From assembly GCA_002773335.1 (NCBI GenBank), contig PFBH01000014.1, positions 8,023 to 72,022 on the forward strand: a stretch of 64,000 bases of DNA. The letters are read 5' to 3'. A program made the position numbers and the translations under genes. The number at the start of each line of letters is the position of its first letter. Position 1 is the first letter of the stretch. Under the pieces are notes generated by a model that saw only the letters and a list, made by a program, of their open reading frames with translations, ran no database searches and was not told the DNA's origin. This DNA is from Candidatus Kaiserbacteria bacterium CG10_big_fil_rev_8_21_14_0_10_45_20. Lineage in GTDB: Bacteria; Patescibacteriota; Minisyncoccia; Phycocordibacterales; Phycocordibacteraceae. This document shows, piece by piece, positions 19,555 to 29,880 of this stretch.

Positions 19555-21705
19555 ATGGCCCGAGCATACCCACTAGACAGAGTAAGAAACTTTGGAATCA
19601 TCGCGCACATTGATGCGGGGAAAACAACGACGTCAGAACGTGTTCTTTTTTACACGGGTATGAGTCACAAAATCGGAGAAGTGCACGACGGCGAGACTAC
19701 TACAGACTGGATGGAGCAAGAGCGAGAACGAGGTATTACCATTACCGCGGCCGCAGTTTCTTGTACGTGGGCTCCAACATACGAAGAGGATCAGGTAGAT
19801 AAAAAGAAACGATTTTCATTTAATATTATTGACACTCCGGGCCACATTGACTTTACCGTAGAGGTGAAGCGCTCGCTCCGTGTGCTTGACGGCGCGGTTG
19901 TTGTGTTTGACGGCGTTGCCGGTGTAGAGCCACAATCAGAAACAAACTGGCGTTACGCTGACGAAGGGAAGGTGCCCCGTATCTGTTTTATTAACAAGCT
20001 TGACCGAACCGGCGCTTCTTTTGAACGTTCGTTTCAATCAATCATTAACCGTCTTACCAAAGATGCGGTACGTGCAAACCTTCCTATAGGCGAAGAAGAG
20101 AATCACGAAGGAGTCGTAGACTTGTTAACACGAAAAGCTGTCTATTTTGAAGGAGTTCTTGGAAAAGACGTCCGTTTTTCAGACGAAATTCCTGAAGCTA
20201 TGAAAGCCGACGTTGAAAAATACCGTGGAGAATTAATTGAAAAAATCGTGCAGGAAGATGAAGCAATGATGAATGCATATCTTGAAGGAAACGAGCCATC
20301 AGTAGCCGAGTTAAAACAAGCGCTTCGCAAGGGTGTTATTAATAACACCATCGTTCCTGTTTTTGCCGGCTCGGCGCTTAAAAATAAAGGTGTTCAGCTT
20401 GTGCTCGATGCAGTTGTTGACTACCTTCCGTCTCCGCTCGATGTCCCCCCAGTTAAAGGCATTAACCCTAAGACAGAAGACGAGATTGAACGCCATGCGT
20501 CAGACGAAGAGCCTTTCTGTGCACTTGCCTTTAAGCTTCAAACAGATCCGTTTGTTGGTGCATTAACATTCTTCCGTGTCTACTCGGGAACCATTAAAGC
20601 CGGAAGCTACATTTACAACTCAACAACAGGGGAAAAGGAGCGCCTAGGTCGCATTGTGCGTCTCCAGGCAGATAAACGAGAAGAGATTGAAGAAGTGTAT
20701 GCAGGAGAAATTGCCGCTGCGGTAGGCTTGAAAGATGCGCGAACCTCACACACATTCTCAGACGAGCAAAACCCAATTATTCTTGAACAGATTGTCTTTC
20801 CTGAACCGGTGGTGTCGATGCGTATTGAACCTAAAACAAAAGCCGATCAAGAAAAGCTTGGTCTCGCCCTCCGAAAACTTGCTGATGAAGACCCAACCTT
20901 CCGCGTTTCGTCTGATGACGAGACAATGGAGACAATCATCGCCGGTATGGGAGAGCTCCACTTGGATATTTTAGTGGACAGAATGAAGCGCGAGTTTAAC
21001 GTTGAGGCAAACACCGGAAGGCCACAGGTTGCGTATCGAGAGACTATTCAAAAAGAAGCAGAGGCAAACCATAAATACGTGAAGCAGACAGGAGGGAAAG
21101 GTCAATACGGACACGTTGTGCTTAAAATTAAACCTCTCGAACCTGTTGACGCTGAAGCAAAAGTAAAAAATAATGTCACTCGCGAAGACCACTTTGAATT
21201 TATTAACAACATCAAAGGAGGAGCCATCCCCGGCGAATATATCCCCGCAGTTGAAAAGGGCGTGCGTGAGGCAATGGAGAGGGGTATCGTTGCCGGATAC
21301 AAAATGGAAGACATCTCTGTTGATTTGGTTGACGGTTCGTACCACGATGTCGACTCTTCAGAAATCGCCTTTAAACTTGCTGCTCTCAACGCGTTTAAAG
21401 AGGCTGCGCAACGAGCAAACCCCGTCCTCCTTGAGCCGGTAATGAAAGTAGAGGTGGTGATGCCAGAGCAATTTATGGGAGACATTACCGGATCGCTTAC
21501 TTCGAAACGGGGAACCATTGAAAGTATGGAGGACAGAGGAATGGCAAAAGCAGTTCACTCGATGGTTCCGTTGTCAGAAATGTTTGGGTATACAACACAG
21601 CTTCGATCAATGACGGAAGGCCGCGGATCAATGACGATGGAGTTTGATCACTACGCAGTGGTACCGCCAAACGTTGCCGAAGAAATTAAATCTTCTCGAA
21701 GTTAA
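19555..21705 (+). CDS. fusA: Elongation factor G
   Basis: [50 protein letters not shown]. Confidence 0.98.
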   Translation: MARAYPLDRVRNFGIIAHIDAGKTTTSERVLFYTGMSHKIGEVHDGETTTDWMEQERERGITITAAAVSCTWAPTYEEDQVDKKKRFSFNIIDTPGHIDFTVEVKRSLRVLDGAVVVFDGVAGVEPQSETNWRYADEGKVPRICFINKLDRTGASFERSFQSIINRLTKDAVRANLPIGEEENHEGVVDLLTRKAVYFEGVLGKDVRFSDEIPEAMKADVEKYRGELIEKIVQEDEAMMNAYLEGNEPSVAELKQALRKGVINNTIVPVFAGSALKNKGVQLVLDAVVDYLPSPLDVPPVKGINPKTEDEIERHASDEEPFCALAFKLQTDPFVGALTFFRVYSGTIKAGSYIYNSTTGEKERLGRIVRLQADKREEIEEVYAGEIAAAVGLKDARTSHTFSDEQNPIILEQIVFPEPVVSMRIEPKTKADQEKLGLALRKLADEDPTFRVSSDDETMETIIAGMGELHLDILVDRMKREFNVEANTGRPQVAYRETIQKEAEANHKYVKQTGGKGQYGHVVLKIKPLEPVDAEAKVKNNVTREDHFEFINNIKGGAIPGEYIPAVEKGVREAMERGIVAGYKMEDISVDLVDGSYHDVDSSEIAFKLAALNAFKEAAQRANPVLLEPVMKVEVVMPEQFMGDITGSLTSKRGTIESMEDRGMAKAVHSMVPLSEMFGYTTQLRSMTEGRGSMTMEFDHYAVVPPNVAEEIKSSRS

Positions 21706-21725
21706 CCATTTTTATTGAAGAGCAT

Positions 21726-21754
21726 TAAAAAAGCATCATAACGATGCTTTTTTA
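21726..21754. terminator. Bidirectional intrinsic terminator after fusA
   Basis: AAAAAAGCATC-ATAAC-GATGCTTTTTT. Confidence 0.8.
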
Positions 21755-22168
21755 ATTTGGTGAACGTAACCATTCAAGAAGTACCATTCTTGAAATTCGG
21801 CCTTCTTTTTTCTTAATTCCCTTTTTTCTACAGAGACGATCTGCAAGAGACACTAACCCATTCTTAGAAAAGCCTTTTTTTGATGAGAAGGCGGAAGTCA
21901 GTGCTTTCGTAGCGTCTCCAAAAGAGCCACCGTTTTCTAGTACTTCAATGACGATACGCCGGCAGTCTGGGTTATTGAGCAGTAACTTTCGTACACTCCG
22001 CCTCTTTCTCTTAGGTTTCTTTTCCTTTCTTTCTGGTTCCTTTGGTGGTTGTAATGATTGAAGGTGTAGCCCTTGTGGGCGCTGTTGCATTCTCTTTAAA
22101 ATCTCTCTCGCGCCGGGCGATATACTTAATGTGTCAATGGGGTTTTGGACAGGGCGTTCTTTAGACAT
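21752..22168 (-). CDS. Hypothetical basic protein, apparent paralog of 22179-22643
   Basis: Start placed at ATG 22168 (MSKERPVQ); shares motif blocks with the neighbouring ORF. Confidence 0.7.
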   Translation of the reverse strand: MSKERPVQNPIDTLSISPGAREILKRMQQRPQGLHLQSLQPPKEPERKEKKPKRKRRSVRKLLLNNPDCRRIVIEVLENGGSFGDATKALTSAFSSKKGFSKNGLVSLADRLCRKKGIKKKEGRISRMVLLEWLRSPN

Positions 22169-22178
22169 AAAGACAATG

Positions 22179-22643
22179 TTATTTAATGTGAGTAAGCCAC
22201 CAGATAAAAAAAGCTTGTAAGCTTTCTTTCTGAGAAGGGTCGTGATTTGGCCTGAAGGTGTTGCTTCGTAAGAAGGAAACCCAAGCACGTAATTTTGGCT
22301 CATCAGTATGAAAGTTGATGCCCTGGGGAGTCGCTTTATTAAGCGCCTCAGCTACGTCGTCCCAACTACCACCTGAATTAAATGTATTCAAAATAACTTC
22401 TCGACAACCTCTGTTACTTTTTAAAATAGGTTCCAATGGGGGGTTTTGCGGGCCACGGACTTTACATTTACGAGCGGGTTTTACTGATGCCTCAATTTTG
22501 CTAGTGCGCGGTTCCATACAGGCAATTTTAGTTCCGTTGGCTCGCATCCCTTCCAGTAAACCAAGCACTCCTGCAGAGACCTTTAAAGGCGGTACTTCTG
22601 GTGGGATTCCCGAGTCTCTCTTAGCTGATTCCTCTTTTGCCAT
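22179..22643 (-). CDS. Hypothetical protein, apparent paralog of 21752-22168
   Basis: 154-aa ORF with operon-like spacing; NRGCREVILNTFNSGGSWDDVAEAL block. Confidence 0.7.
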   Translation of the reverse strand: MAKEESAKRDSGIPPEVPPLKVSAGVLGLLEGMRANGTKIACMEPRTSKIEASVKPARKCKVRGPQNPPLEPILKSNRGCREVILNTFNSGGSWDDVAEALNKATPQGINFHTDEPKLRAWVSFLRSNTFRPNHDPSQKESLQAFFIWWLTHIK

Positions 22644-22651
22644 AAATATAT

Positions 22652-23740
22652 CTACAGTAAATTATAGTTAACAATTTCGTTTCCCGTACCTTCTGGTGAT
22701 ATAAAGTACTTTTCATTGACTAGTATTTCTCTTGAAAGCCCCCTTCCTTTGCGCGCTGACTTTTTCTCATTCCAGTAGAGAGACATTTTCAGTGTCGTAT
22801 GACCCTTTCTAAATTGAGGAGTATCTAAAAAGATTTTAGAATTTTTTAACTGGCTCATAATATCTTTTAGTATGCTTCGGTAGTCTTCTAGAGGAATAGA
22901 ATCTTGAATATCACGAGTAGGATTTCTTTCTATATGAATCGCAATAGTGGGAACGAGATAATGTCCGCCCTCTGGTGCAGGCTCCGCTGTCTTTAAATGA
23001 CTAATGCGGGTGATTTGTGAAAGAAAGAAACCTGTATTTTCATGTGATGGGGCATCCGTATTTTTTAAGTTTTCAACTAATTGGGTTATGTAATTATGCA
23101 GTTTCTCGCCTTCATTTTTAAGAGGAGAGTTTTTGGGGAGTGCACCCGCCTCATTTATAAGCTTTAGCTCTTGTGCGTTCTCTTTTGCAATTCGCGCCTG
23201 TCGGATTCTGTGTGCTTGAGCATTACGGAGCCTTTCCTTTCTTGCTACTTTCTCTGAAACATCGGAGAGTCTTTGGGGGGTTACTATTTCATACTGTCGG
23301 ACACTTTGTGGTGGTCTAACAACAAGCTCTCTCTCGCTACCCTGTGTTTTTATTGTTTTTGAGCATGCTCTGGTGTGTCCTGTGTGTTGTGATTCGGCGC
23401 CACTAGACGACGTGGCTTTTACGTTCTCTTGGAATTGCAACTGATCTTTTCTGACGCGGAATGCTTCTTCTAAGGTTTTAAGAAATTCGGTATACGTAAG
23501 GTTCTGTAGAGACTCGTTTTGGTGGGTAATTGAAATAAGAAATGTTCCATTCGTGTCTCGTGCGTATCTAATTATGCACTCTCTCGGAACCAGTCTTCCT
23601 TTTTTCTTTTTTAAAACAACAAAACTTCGAGATGAAGATTGCCCTGGTTTTGTCGCAAAAATTATCTTTCGGAACTCCTTTAGGTCAAGAGGTCTTTCCA
23701 TTGATTCAGGGGCACCTTCTATTGTTTTACTTGAGTCCAT
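22652..23740 (-). CDS. Hypothetical protein (362 aa)
   Basis: Long ORF, first of a three-gene minus-strand unit; no recognised motif. Confidence 0.7.
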   Translation of the reverse strand: MDSSKTIEGAPESMERPLDLKEFRKIIFATKPGQSSSRSFVVLKKKKGRLVPRECIIRYARDTNGTFLISITHQNESLQNLTYTEFLKTLEEAFRVRKDQLQFQENVKATSSSGAESQHTGHTRACSKTIKTQGSERELVVRPPQSVRQYEIVTPQRLSDVSEKVARKERLRNAQAHRIRQARIAKENAQELKLINEAGALPKNSPLKNEGEKLHNYITQLVENLKNTDAPSHENTGFFLSQITRISHLKTAEPAPEGGHYLVPTIAIHIERNPTRDIQDSIPLEDYRSILKDIMSQLKNSKIFLDTPQFRKGHTTLKMSLYWNEKKSARKGRGLSREILVNEKYFISPEGTGNEIVNYNLL

Positions 23741-23781
23741 ATACGGGAGTGCTTACCTAGAAAACCTCTGCAGTGTTTTGC

Positions 23782-23829
23782 ACTATAAACTAAAAAGGGT
23801 AAATATACAAAAAGTATTTTTGTTGTATA
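23782..23829 (-). promoter_or_regulatory. Candidate promoter of the three-gene island with overlapping inverted repeat
   Basis: Minus strand TTGTAT-17-TATAGT; TATACAA-N12-TTGTATA at 23804-23829. Confidence 0.45.
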
Positions 23830-23890
23830 ATTTTTTGCTGTCATTACAGACGTCGAGATACAGCCTTCTATGTAATGAATATTGAAAAGC

Positions 23891-23918
23891 TTGACTCTTT
23901 TTTGTTTTCCGATAGTAT
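23891..23918 (+). promoter_or_regulatory. Candidate promoter for tuf-S10 genes
   Basis: TTGACT-16-TAGTAT. Confidence 0.5.
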
Positions 23919-24038
23919 AGGCGGTAACGCATCACGCGTGTTTTTCTTCTGTGAATCTTGTGATTTTCAGACGAATTGGGGCGGACGCCCTTTTACAACG
24001 TTAGAAATTTAACCGCTTAATTACTAAGTAATACGCAT

Positions 24039-25235
24039 ATGGCAGACTTTGATCGTTCTAAAGCTCACGTTAACGTCGGTACTATTGGCCACGTTGACCA
24101 TGGAAAAACAACATTAACCGCCGCTATTCTTTCTGTGCTTGGAAAGGCAGGAAATGGCTACAACGCTTCCTTAAAGGACGTTGGAGAAATTGACAAAGCC
24201 CCAGAAGAGAAGGCGCGTGGTATTACTATCTCTCTTTCTCACTCTGAGTATGAGACTCCTACTCGTCACTACGCTCACATCGACGCTCCGGGACACGCCG
24301 ACTACATCAAAAACATGATTACCGGTGCGGCTCAAATGGATGGCGCCGTATTGGTGGTAGCTGCGACAGACGGAGTGATGCCACAGACTCGTGAACACAT
24401 CTTGCTTGCTCGCCAAGTGGGTGTTCCAAAAATCATCGTATTCCTCAACAAGGTGGATATGGTTGATGATAAAGATCTCGTGGATCTCGTGGAAGAAGAA
24501 GTGCGTGAACTCCTTACAAAATACGAATTTGATGGTGCAAATGCTCCTATTATCAAAGGGTCAGGTTTGAAAGCTCTTGAAAACCCAGAACCAGGAAATG
24601 AGTGGTCTGACAAGGTTATGGAGCTTGCAAAGGCGCTGGATGAGTACATCCCAATGCCTGAGCGTGATACTGAGAAGCCCTTCCTTATGCCAATTGAAGA
24701 CATCTTCTCAATTGAAGGCCGAGGAACGGTGGTTACCGGAAAGATTGAACGTGGCGTTGTAAACGTTGGTGAAGAAATTGAGATTGTTGGAATCAAAGAC
24801 ACTACAAAGACGACCGTTACTGGTGTTGAAATGTTCAACAAGTCGTTGCAACAAGGTATGGCCGGCGACAACGCAGGTATCCTTTTGCGTGGCTTGAAGA
24901 AAGACGATGTGCACCGTGGTCAAGTGCTTTCAAAACCAGGTACCGTAACACCACACACAGAGTTTGACGCAGAAGTCTACATCCTTTCAAAGGAAGAAGG
25001 TGGACGACACACACCATTCTTTACTGGCTATAAACCTCAATTCTATATCCGTACGACGGATGTAACGGGAGACGTTGCTCTTCCAGAAGGTGTTGAGATG
25101 GTTATGCCAGGTGACACAGTAACCTTTAAGGTTAAGTTGGTGGCTCCCGTGGCACTTGAAGAGCAGCAACGCTTTGCTATCCGTGAAGGTGGTAAGACCG
25201 TTGGTGCCGGTGTGGTAACTAAAATTAACGCGTAA
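24039..25235 (+). CDS. tuf: Elongation factor Tu
   Basis: [46 protein letters not shown]. Confidence 0.98.
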   Translation: MADFDRSKAHVNVGTIGHVDHGKTTLTAAILSVLGKAGNGYNASLKDVGEIDKAPEEKARGITISLSHSEYETPTRHYAHIDAPGHADYIKNMITGAAQMDGAVLVVAATDGVMPQTREHILLARQVGVPKIIVFLNKVDMVDDKDLVDLVEEEVRELLTKYEFDGANAPIIKGSGLKALENPEPGNEWSDKVMELAKALDEYIPMPERDTEKPFLMPIEDIFSIEGRGTVVTGKIERGVVNVGEEIEIVGIKDTTKTTVTGVEMFNKSLQQGMAGDNAGILLRGLKKDDVHRGQVLSKPGTVTPHTEFDAEVYILSKEEGGRHTPFFTGYKPQFYIRTTDVTGDVALPEGVEMVMPGDTVTFKVKLVAPVALEEQQRFAIREGGKTVGAGVVTKINA

Positions 25236-25261
25236 GGAACATTCCGTTTCGGGAGACTTGT

Positions 25262-25624
25262 ATGGTTGAAAAAAAGAAAAAAACAGCGTCTCCCCGAGAG
25301 ACACCGACCCCGGAGGCAACGAGTAAGCTCCGTCTTCGTATTCGTGGCTATGACCACAAGCTGGTTGATAGTTCGGTAAAGCAGATCATTGACACTGCGC
25401 TTCGCTTTGAGGCGCAGGTTGTTGGTCCTGTTCCGCTTCCAACCGATATCAAAAAGTTTACTGTGAACAGATCGCCGTTCATCGACAAAGACTCTCGTGA
25501 ACAGTTTGAGATGCGAACCCACAAGAGAATTTTGGATATTGTAAATCCAAATCCAAAAATTGTGGACGCTCTGACTAACATTTCTCTTCCTTCAGGTGTT
25601 TCAGTTGACGTGAAAATGACATAA
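25262..25624 (+). CDS. rpsJ: 30S ribosomal protein S10
   Basis: GPVPLPT, RSPF, SREQFEMRTHKR. Confidence 0.97.
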   Translation: MVEKKKKTASPRETPTPEATSKLRLRIRGYDHKLVDSSVKQIIDTALRFEAQVVGPVPLPTDIKKFTVNRSPFIDKDSREQFEMRTHKRILDIVNPNPKIVDALTNISLPSGVSVDVKMT

Positions 25625-25635
25625 GAGGTACGTGT

Positions 25636-26271
25636 ATGAAATTCATCATTGGAACAAAAAAAGGAATGACTCAGGTTTTTGACGCAGAAGGCCGCGTGCA
25701 CCCTGTGACTGTTTTGTCTGTGGGCAAAGTTGCGGTAACGCAGGTTAAAACTCCTGATGTTGATGGATACGCATCCGTACAGGTTGGCTTTGGCGAAAAA
25801 GCGGAAAAGAACATTGCAAAAGCGCAACGTCCAAAAGGAAACTTTGCTCGCTACAAAGAGTTTATTGTTTCCGAGATAGCATCTTTCTCTGTCGGAGACG
25901 TTATTGAACCTTCAGTTTTCTCAGAGGGCGATATGGTATCTGCTACAGCGCTCTCTAAAGGAAAGGGTTTTCAAGGCGTGGTAAAGCGTCACGGCTTTCA
26001 CGGAGGACGCAGGACTCATGGTCAAAAGCACTCTGAGCGAGAACCTGGATCAATTGGTGGTGGACCTGGTCGTGCGGGAGGGCGTGTGGTAAAAGGGATG
26101 CGTATGGGCGGACGTATGGGCGGAGATCGCGTATACGTTAAAAATCTTCCTATCGTTCGTGTTGATAGTGACGCAGGAGAGATATACGTTCGCGGAGCAG
26201 TTCCGGGTAGACGAGGGGCGTACGTTGAAGTGTGCGAAATTCCTCCAAACAAAGAGAAGAAAACAAAGTAA
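25636..26271 (+). CDS. rplC: 50S ribosomal protein L3
   Basis: KKGMTQVF, SKGKGFQGVVKRHGF, PGSIG, GRMGG. Confidence 0.97.
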   Translation: MKFIIGTKKGMTQVFDAEGRVHPVTVLSVGKVAVTQVKTPDVDGYASVQVGFGEKAEKNIAKAQRPKGNFARYKEFIVSEIASFSVGDVIEPSVFSEGDMVSATALSKGKGFQGVVKRHGFHGGRRTHGQKHSEREPGSIGGGPGRAGGRVVKGMRMGGRMGGDRVYVKNLPIVRVDSDAGEIYVRGAVPGRRGAYVEVCEIPPNKEKKTK

Positions 26272-26274
26272 TAT

Positions 26275-27021
26275 ATGGCAACTGAAAAGAAAACAACGGT
26301 AAAAAAGAAAGCTCCTTCTCAGAAGGTGGCTCCGAAAACACCAAAAGCAACAAGGACACTTTCAGCAAAGGTGTATTCGGTTGCGGGGAAAGAGGTTTCA
26401 ACCATTACACTGCCAGAAAATATTTTTGGTTTGCCAAAAAACGACGCGCTTGTGCATCAGGTACTCGTCTCGACTGAGGCAAACGCACGAACAAATGTCG
26501 CGCACACAAAAGGACGAGGTGAGGTTCGGGGTGGTGGTAAAAAGCCATGGAAGCAAAAAGGAACGGGGCGTGCACGTCACGGATCAATCCGCTCTCCAAT
26601 CTGGAGAGGGGGAGGAACGACGTTTGGTCCTACAAACGAGAGAGACTTTTCGCAAAAGATAAATAAAAAAATGCGAGTAAAGGCTCTGACCACTGTTCTT
26701 TCTGGTAAGTTTTCTGACGAAGAAGTTGTGTTTGTTGACTCACTGTCATTCAGCGAACCAAAGACAAAAGATGCGAAGGCGTTACTTGGCGCCCTTGCGA
26801 AGGCAACAGGCGTTGAGGCACTCGCAACGCGCCGTAAGAACGCAGCGTTGGTGGTTATTCCATCCGCTGATGAAAACGCAAAGAAGAGCTTTAAGAATAT
26901 GGGCAACGTTGAGGTTATTGTTTCTCGCAATCTAAACATCTCTTCATTGCTGACGTATCGATATATAGTGATAGTAAATCCAGAGGTCTCTTTTGAGTCT
27001 CTCCCCGTTAACGTGAAGTAA
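26275..27021 (+). CDS. rplD: 50S ribosomal protein L4
   Basis: TKGRGEVRGGGKKPWKQKGTGRARHGSIRSP. Confidence 0.97.
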   Translation: MATEKKTTVKKKAPSQKVAPKTPKATRTLSAKVYSVAGKEVSTITLPENIFGLPKNDALVHQVLVSTEANARTNVAHTKGRGEVRGGGKKPWKQKGTGRARHGSIRSPIWRGGGTTFGPTNERDFSQKINKKMRVKALTTVLSGKFSDEEVVFVDSLSFSEPKTKDAKALLGALAKATGVEALATRRKNAALVVIPSADENAKKSFKNMGNVEVIVSRNLNISSLLTYRYIVIVNPEVSFESLPVNVK

Positions 27022-27024
27022 TAT

Positions 27025-27420
27025 ATGGCACTATTTGGATCAAAAAAAGACGAGGCACCTAAGAAAGCGGTAAAAAAATCGACACCGGCTCCTAAGAAGG
27101 TTTCTTCAAAAAAAGGAACAGTAAAATCAAGTTCGCTTTCAGTGAACGAGGTTTTGATAAGTCCGCGCATTACAGAGAAATCTGCTCACTTAACCGCGCA
27201 GCGAGTGTATACGTTTAATATTTCAGTGCGCGCCAATAAGGGAGACGTTGCGAAGGCGATCTATTCGGTGTACAAAGTAAGACCAACAAAGATTCGGGTG
27301 GTAAAGAATGTTGGCAAGAAAGTTCGTCTTCGAACACGTCGTGGAGAGGGAACTAAGCCAGCTTCAAAGAAAGCGTACGTGTACCTTAAAGAAGGGGACA
27401 GAATAGAATTTTCATCATAA
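27025..27420 (+). CDS. rplW: 50S ribosomal protein L23
   Basis: PRITEKS, YTF, KKAYVYL; operon position. Confidence 0.95.
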   Translation: MALFGSKKDEAPKKAVKKSTPAPKKVSSKKGTVKSSSLSVNEVLISPRITEKSAHLTAQRVYTFNISVRANKGDVAKAIYSVYKVRPTKIRVVKNVGKKVRLRTRRGEGTKPASKKAYVYLKEGDRIEFSS

Positions 27421-27427
27421 GTAGTAT

Positions 27428-28285
27428 ATGGCATTAAAAAAACGAAAACCAAGGACACCTGGAACACGCGGCATGACCTCGATTATGTACCGTGGCGTGG
27501 TCACGACCAACAAGCCTCTCAAGTCGCTTACAAAAGGTAAGGCGGCTCGTGCCGGACGGAACTCGTTTGGACGAATTACAACTCGCCACCAAGGTGCGGG
27601 AAATAAAAAGAAGTTTCGTGATATAGACTTTTTGTTTAATAAAAAAGATGTACCCGGACGAGTTGAGCACATTGAATACGACCCATACCGATCAGGATTT
27701 ATCGCCCGTGTTGTATACCGTGACGGTGAGAGACGATACATTCTTGCTCCACAAAAACTTGGTGTTGATGACACAGTCGTCACATCGGTTGACGCTCCGT
27801 TAAAACCGGGAAATCGACGTCCTCTCAAAAATATTCCCGTAGGAACCTTTGTGTTCAATGTCGAGATTAAAGAGAATGGCGGTGCCAAAATTGCTCGTTC
27901 AGCAGGTAATTACGCCGAGCTCTCTGCTCTTGATGGTGGGTACGCACTTCTCAAGATGCCATCGGGTGAAATACGAAAGGTTGTCGATGGTGCATGGGCA
28001 TCTATTGGTGAAGTTTCAAATCCAGAGTACAGACTGGTAAACAGAGGAAAGGCTGGACGCTCTCGACACTTGGGTATTAGACCTACCGTTCGCGGTACTG
28101 CAATGAACCCGGTTGACCACCCACACGGAGGAGGTGAAGGAAGGCAAGGGAGAGGCACGAAACGAGCAAAGACTGCATGGGGTAAACCATCAGGAAAGGG
28201 TCAAAAGACACGCGCACCAAAGAAATACTCAAACGTCTTTATTGTCTCGAGACGAAAAGTCGGAAAGAGACGCAAGGGAAATTAA
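27428..28285 (+). CDS. rplB: 50S ribosomal protein L2
   Basis: IEYDPYRS, ARSAG, RPTVRGTAMNPVDHPHGGGEG. Confidence 0.98.
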   Translation: MALKKRKPRTPGTRGMTSIMYRGVVTTNKPLKSLTKGKAARAGRNSFGRITTRHQGAGNKKKFRDIDFLFNKKDVPGRVEHIEYDPYRSGFIARVVYRDGERRYILAPQKLGVDDTVVTSVDAPLKPGNRRPLKNIPVGTFVFNVEIKENGGAKIARSAGNYAELSALDGGYALLKMPSGEIRKVVDGAWASIGEVSNPEYRLVNRGKAGRSRHLGIRPTVRGTAMNPVDHPHGGGEGRQGRGTKRAKTAWGKPSGKGQKTRAPKKYSNVFIVSRRKVGKRRKGN

Positions 28286-28286
28286 C

Positions 28287-28317
28287 AAAAAAGACCCTCT
28301 CTTTAGGGTCTTTTTTA
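28287..28317. terminator. Bidirectional terminator between rplB and the transposase-like gene
   Basis: AAAAAAGACCCT-CTCTTT-AGGGTCTTTTTT. Confidence 0.8.
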
Positions 28318-29001
28318 ATATGGGTACTGTTCTGTGTCAGAAAGCTCTTCCTCTAATATTTTTGCTGTTGATGTATTTACAAAGTCTTTGTAGTTGCTAT
28401 TTGGAGTTGTTTCAAATTGTTCGGCGATAATATCTGACTCAAGAAGTCCTCCCCACCGGTTTGCTTCGGTAAGGTCTTGAAGAGAAGACCAAGGATATGA
28501 AAACTCTTTATTTTTCCAAGCAGACAGTTCACGGGGGTTTCTATGAATATATGCTGAAAGGTAGAGTAACTGTTTATTATCTTTTACGTGCACCGATTTA
28601 AAACGGCCTTGAAACACATGACCAGAAAGATGGTGACGTGTATTCATATACATCGTGTGAGCAACGAGGATTCGTTGCATATAGGCACTGATTCCTCCCG
28701 GGATCTTTTCGCGAACAAGGAGGTGGAAGTGGTTAGGCATAAGACAAAAAGAGGTAAGCTCAACAAAACGTGACTGCAAAACCTCAGAAAGCTTTTTTTC
28801 TGAAACGGGAAACCCAGTGAGCGCGTTGTAATTTTTTATATACCGCGTGACATTTTCAAACTGAATTGGTGACTGGAAGTAGAGGATGGAGAATAAAAAA
28901 CGCCGGCGATCAATATCATCTTTAAAAATATTTCCTCTACGCGAACCTCTATTGAAAATGTGGTAGTACTCGCCTTCAGCAATATTGCGTTTCTGAGTCA
29001 T
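28315..29001 (-). CDS. REP-associated tyrosine transposase-like protein (RAYT, Y1/HUH family)
   Basis: YYHIFNRG, IFKDD, FCLMPNHFHLL (HUH), GHVFQGRFKS, YIHRNP, YPWSS; start placed at ATG 29001. Confidence 0.9.
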   Translation of the reverse strand: MTQKRNIAEGEYYHIFNRGSRRGNIFKDDIDRRRFLFSILYFQSPIQFENVTRYIKNYNALTGFPVSEKKLSEVLQSRFVELTSFCLMPNHFHLLVREKIPGGISAYMQRILVAHTMYMNTRHHLSGHVFQGRFKSVHVKDNKQLLYLSAYIHRNPRELSAWKNKEFSYPWSSLQDLTEANRWGGLLESDIIAEQFETTPNSNYKDFVNTSTAKILEEELSDTEQYPY

Positions 29002-29016
29002 ATCTTTTTTGAGTGT

Positions 29017-29056
29017 AACACAAATGTTGGAGACCCGGGTCTCCAACATTTGTGTT
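29017..29056. repeat. Perfect 40-bp palindrome (REP-like) directly upstream of the RAYT
   Basis: AACACAAATGTTGGAGACCC|GGGTCTCCAACATTTGTGTT. Confidence 0.9.
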
Positions 29057-29083
29057 GACAGTGTTCATTCACTTGTGTATTCT
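29055..29083 (+). promoter_or_regulatory. Sigma70-like promoter restarting the S10 operon at rpsS
   Basis: TTGACA-17-TATTCT. Confidence 0.7.
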
Positions 29084-29153
29084 GTGCATCAAGCTCGTGT
29101 GGGCTCGTGTATAGCGAGCTTTTTTCATTCGGGTACAAATTTATTGCACAATC

Positions 29154-29489
29154 ATGGCACGATCAGTCAAAAAAGGTCCATACATTTTTCACAAACTTAT
29201 TAAAAAAGTGAGTGGCAAAACACCAAAAGAAACTGGTCCTATTAAGACGTGGGCGCGTGCATCACAAATCAGTCCGGACATGGTTGGTTTTACCTTTTTG
29301 GTACACACCGGTAAAGATTTTGCAGAAGTATTTGTATCTGAAGAGATGGTAGGTCACCGACTGGGTGAATTTGCTCCTACAAAGAAATTCCTCCGACACG
29401 GCGGTAAGATGCAGAAGGAGCTTGAGCAGAAGAAGAAAGAGTCTGAAATTGCAGCAGCAAAAGCAGCAAAAGCACCAGCAACAAAATAG
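29154..29489 (+). CDS. rpsS: 30S ribosomal protein S19
   Basis: [29 protein letters not shown]. Confidence 0.97.
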   Translation: MARSVKKGPYIFHKLIKKVSGKTPKETGPIKTWARASQISPDMVGFTFLVHTGKDFAEVFVSEEMVGHRLGEFAPTKKFLRHGGKMQKELEQKKKESEIAAAKAAKAPATK

Positions 29490-29492
29490 TAT

Positions 29493-29870
29493 ATGAAAGC
29501 AACACTTAGCAACTATCGTCAGTCTCCCCGTAAAGTTCGCCTCATAACCGAACTTGTAAAGGGTAAGAGTATAGCAGATGCGTTCACAGCGCTTACGTTT
29601 AGCGATAAGCGAGCGTCAGCCCCTATTGAAAAACTCCTTCGTTCTGCGGTTGCAAATGCAGAGCAAGCAGGAGAGAGTCTTAACGAGCTGGTTGTAGAGA
29701 ATATTGCCGTTGATAAGGGTCGCGTGGCAAAGACATATATGCCTCGTGCGTTTGGTCGAGCATCAACCATTCGTAAGCGATCGAGCCACGTAACCGTTAC
29801 CCTCGGAAAGGCAAAGCCAAAGACAGCCCGACACACTAAAGCACCGTCTGCGGGCCAGAAGAAAGCATAA
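29493..29870 (+). CDS. rplV: 50S ribosomal protein L22
   Basis: SPRKVRL, SAVANA, PRAFGRA, SHVTV. Confidence 0.97.
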   Translation: MKATLSNYRQSPRKVRLITELVKGKSIADAFTALTFSDKRASAPIEKLLRSAVANAEQAGESLNELVVENIAVDKGRVAKTYMPRAFGRASTIRKRSSHVTVTLGKAKPKTARHTKAPSAGQKKA

Positions 29871-29880
29871 ATTTTTATAT

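Noticed and set aside
29002-29049. N-terminal extension of the transposase (MLETRVSNICV) and mirror ORF 29009-29203
   Set aside because: The same peptide appears on both strands only because of the 40-bp palindrome; the real start is likely ATG 29001.
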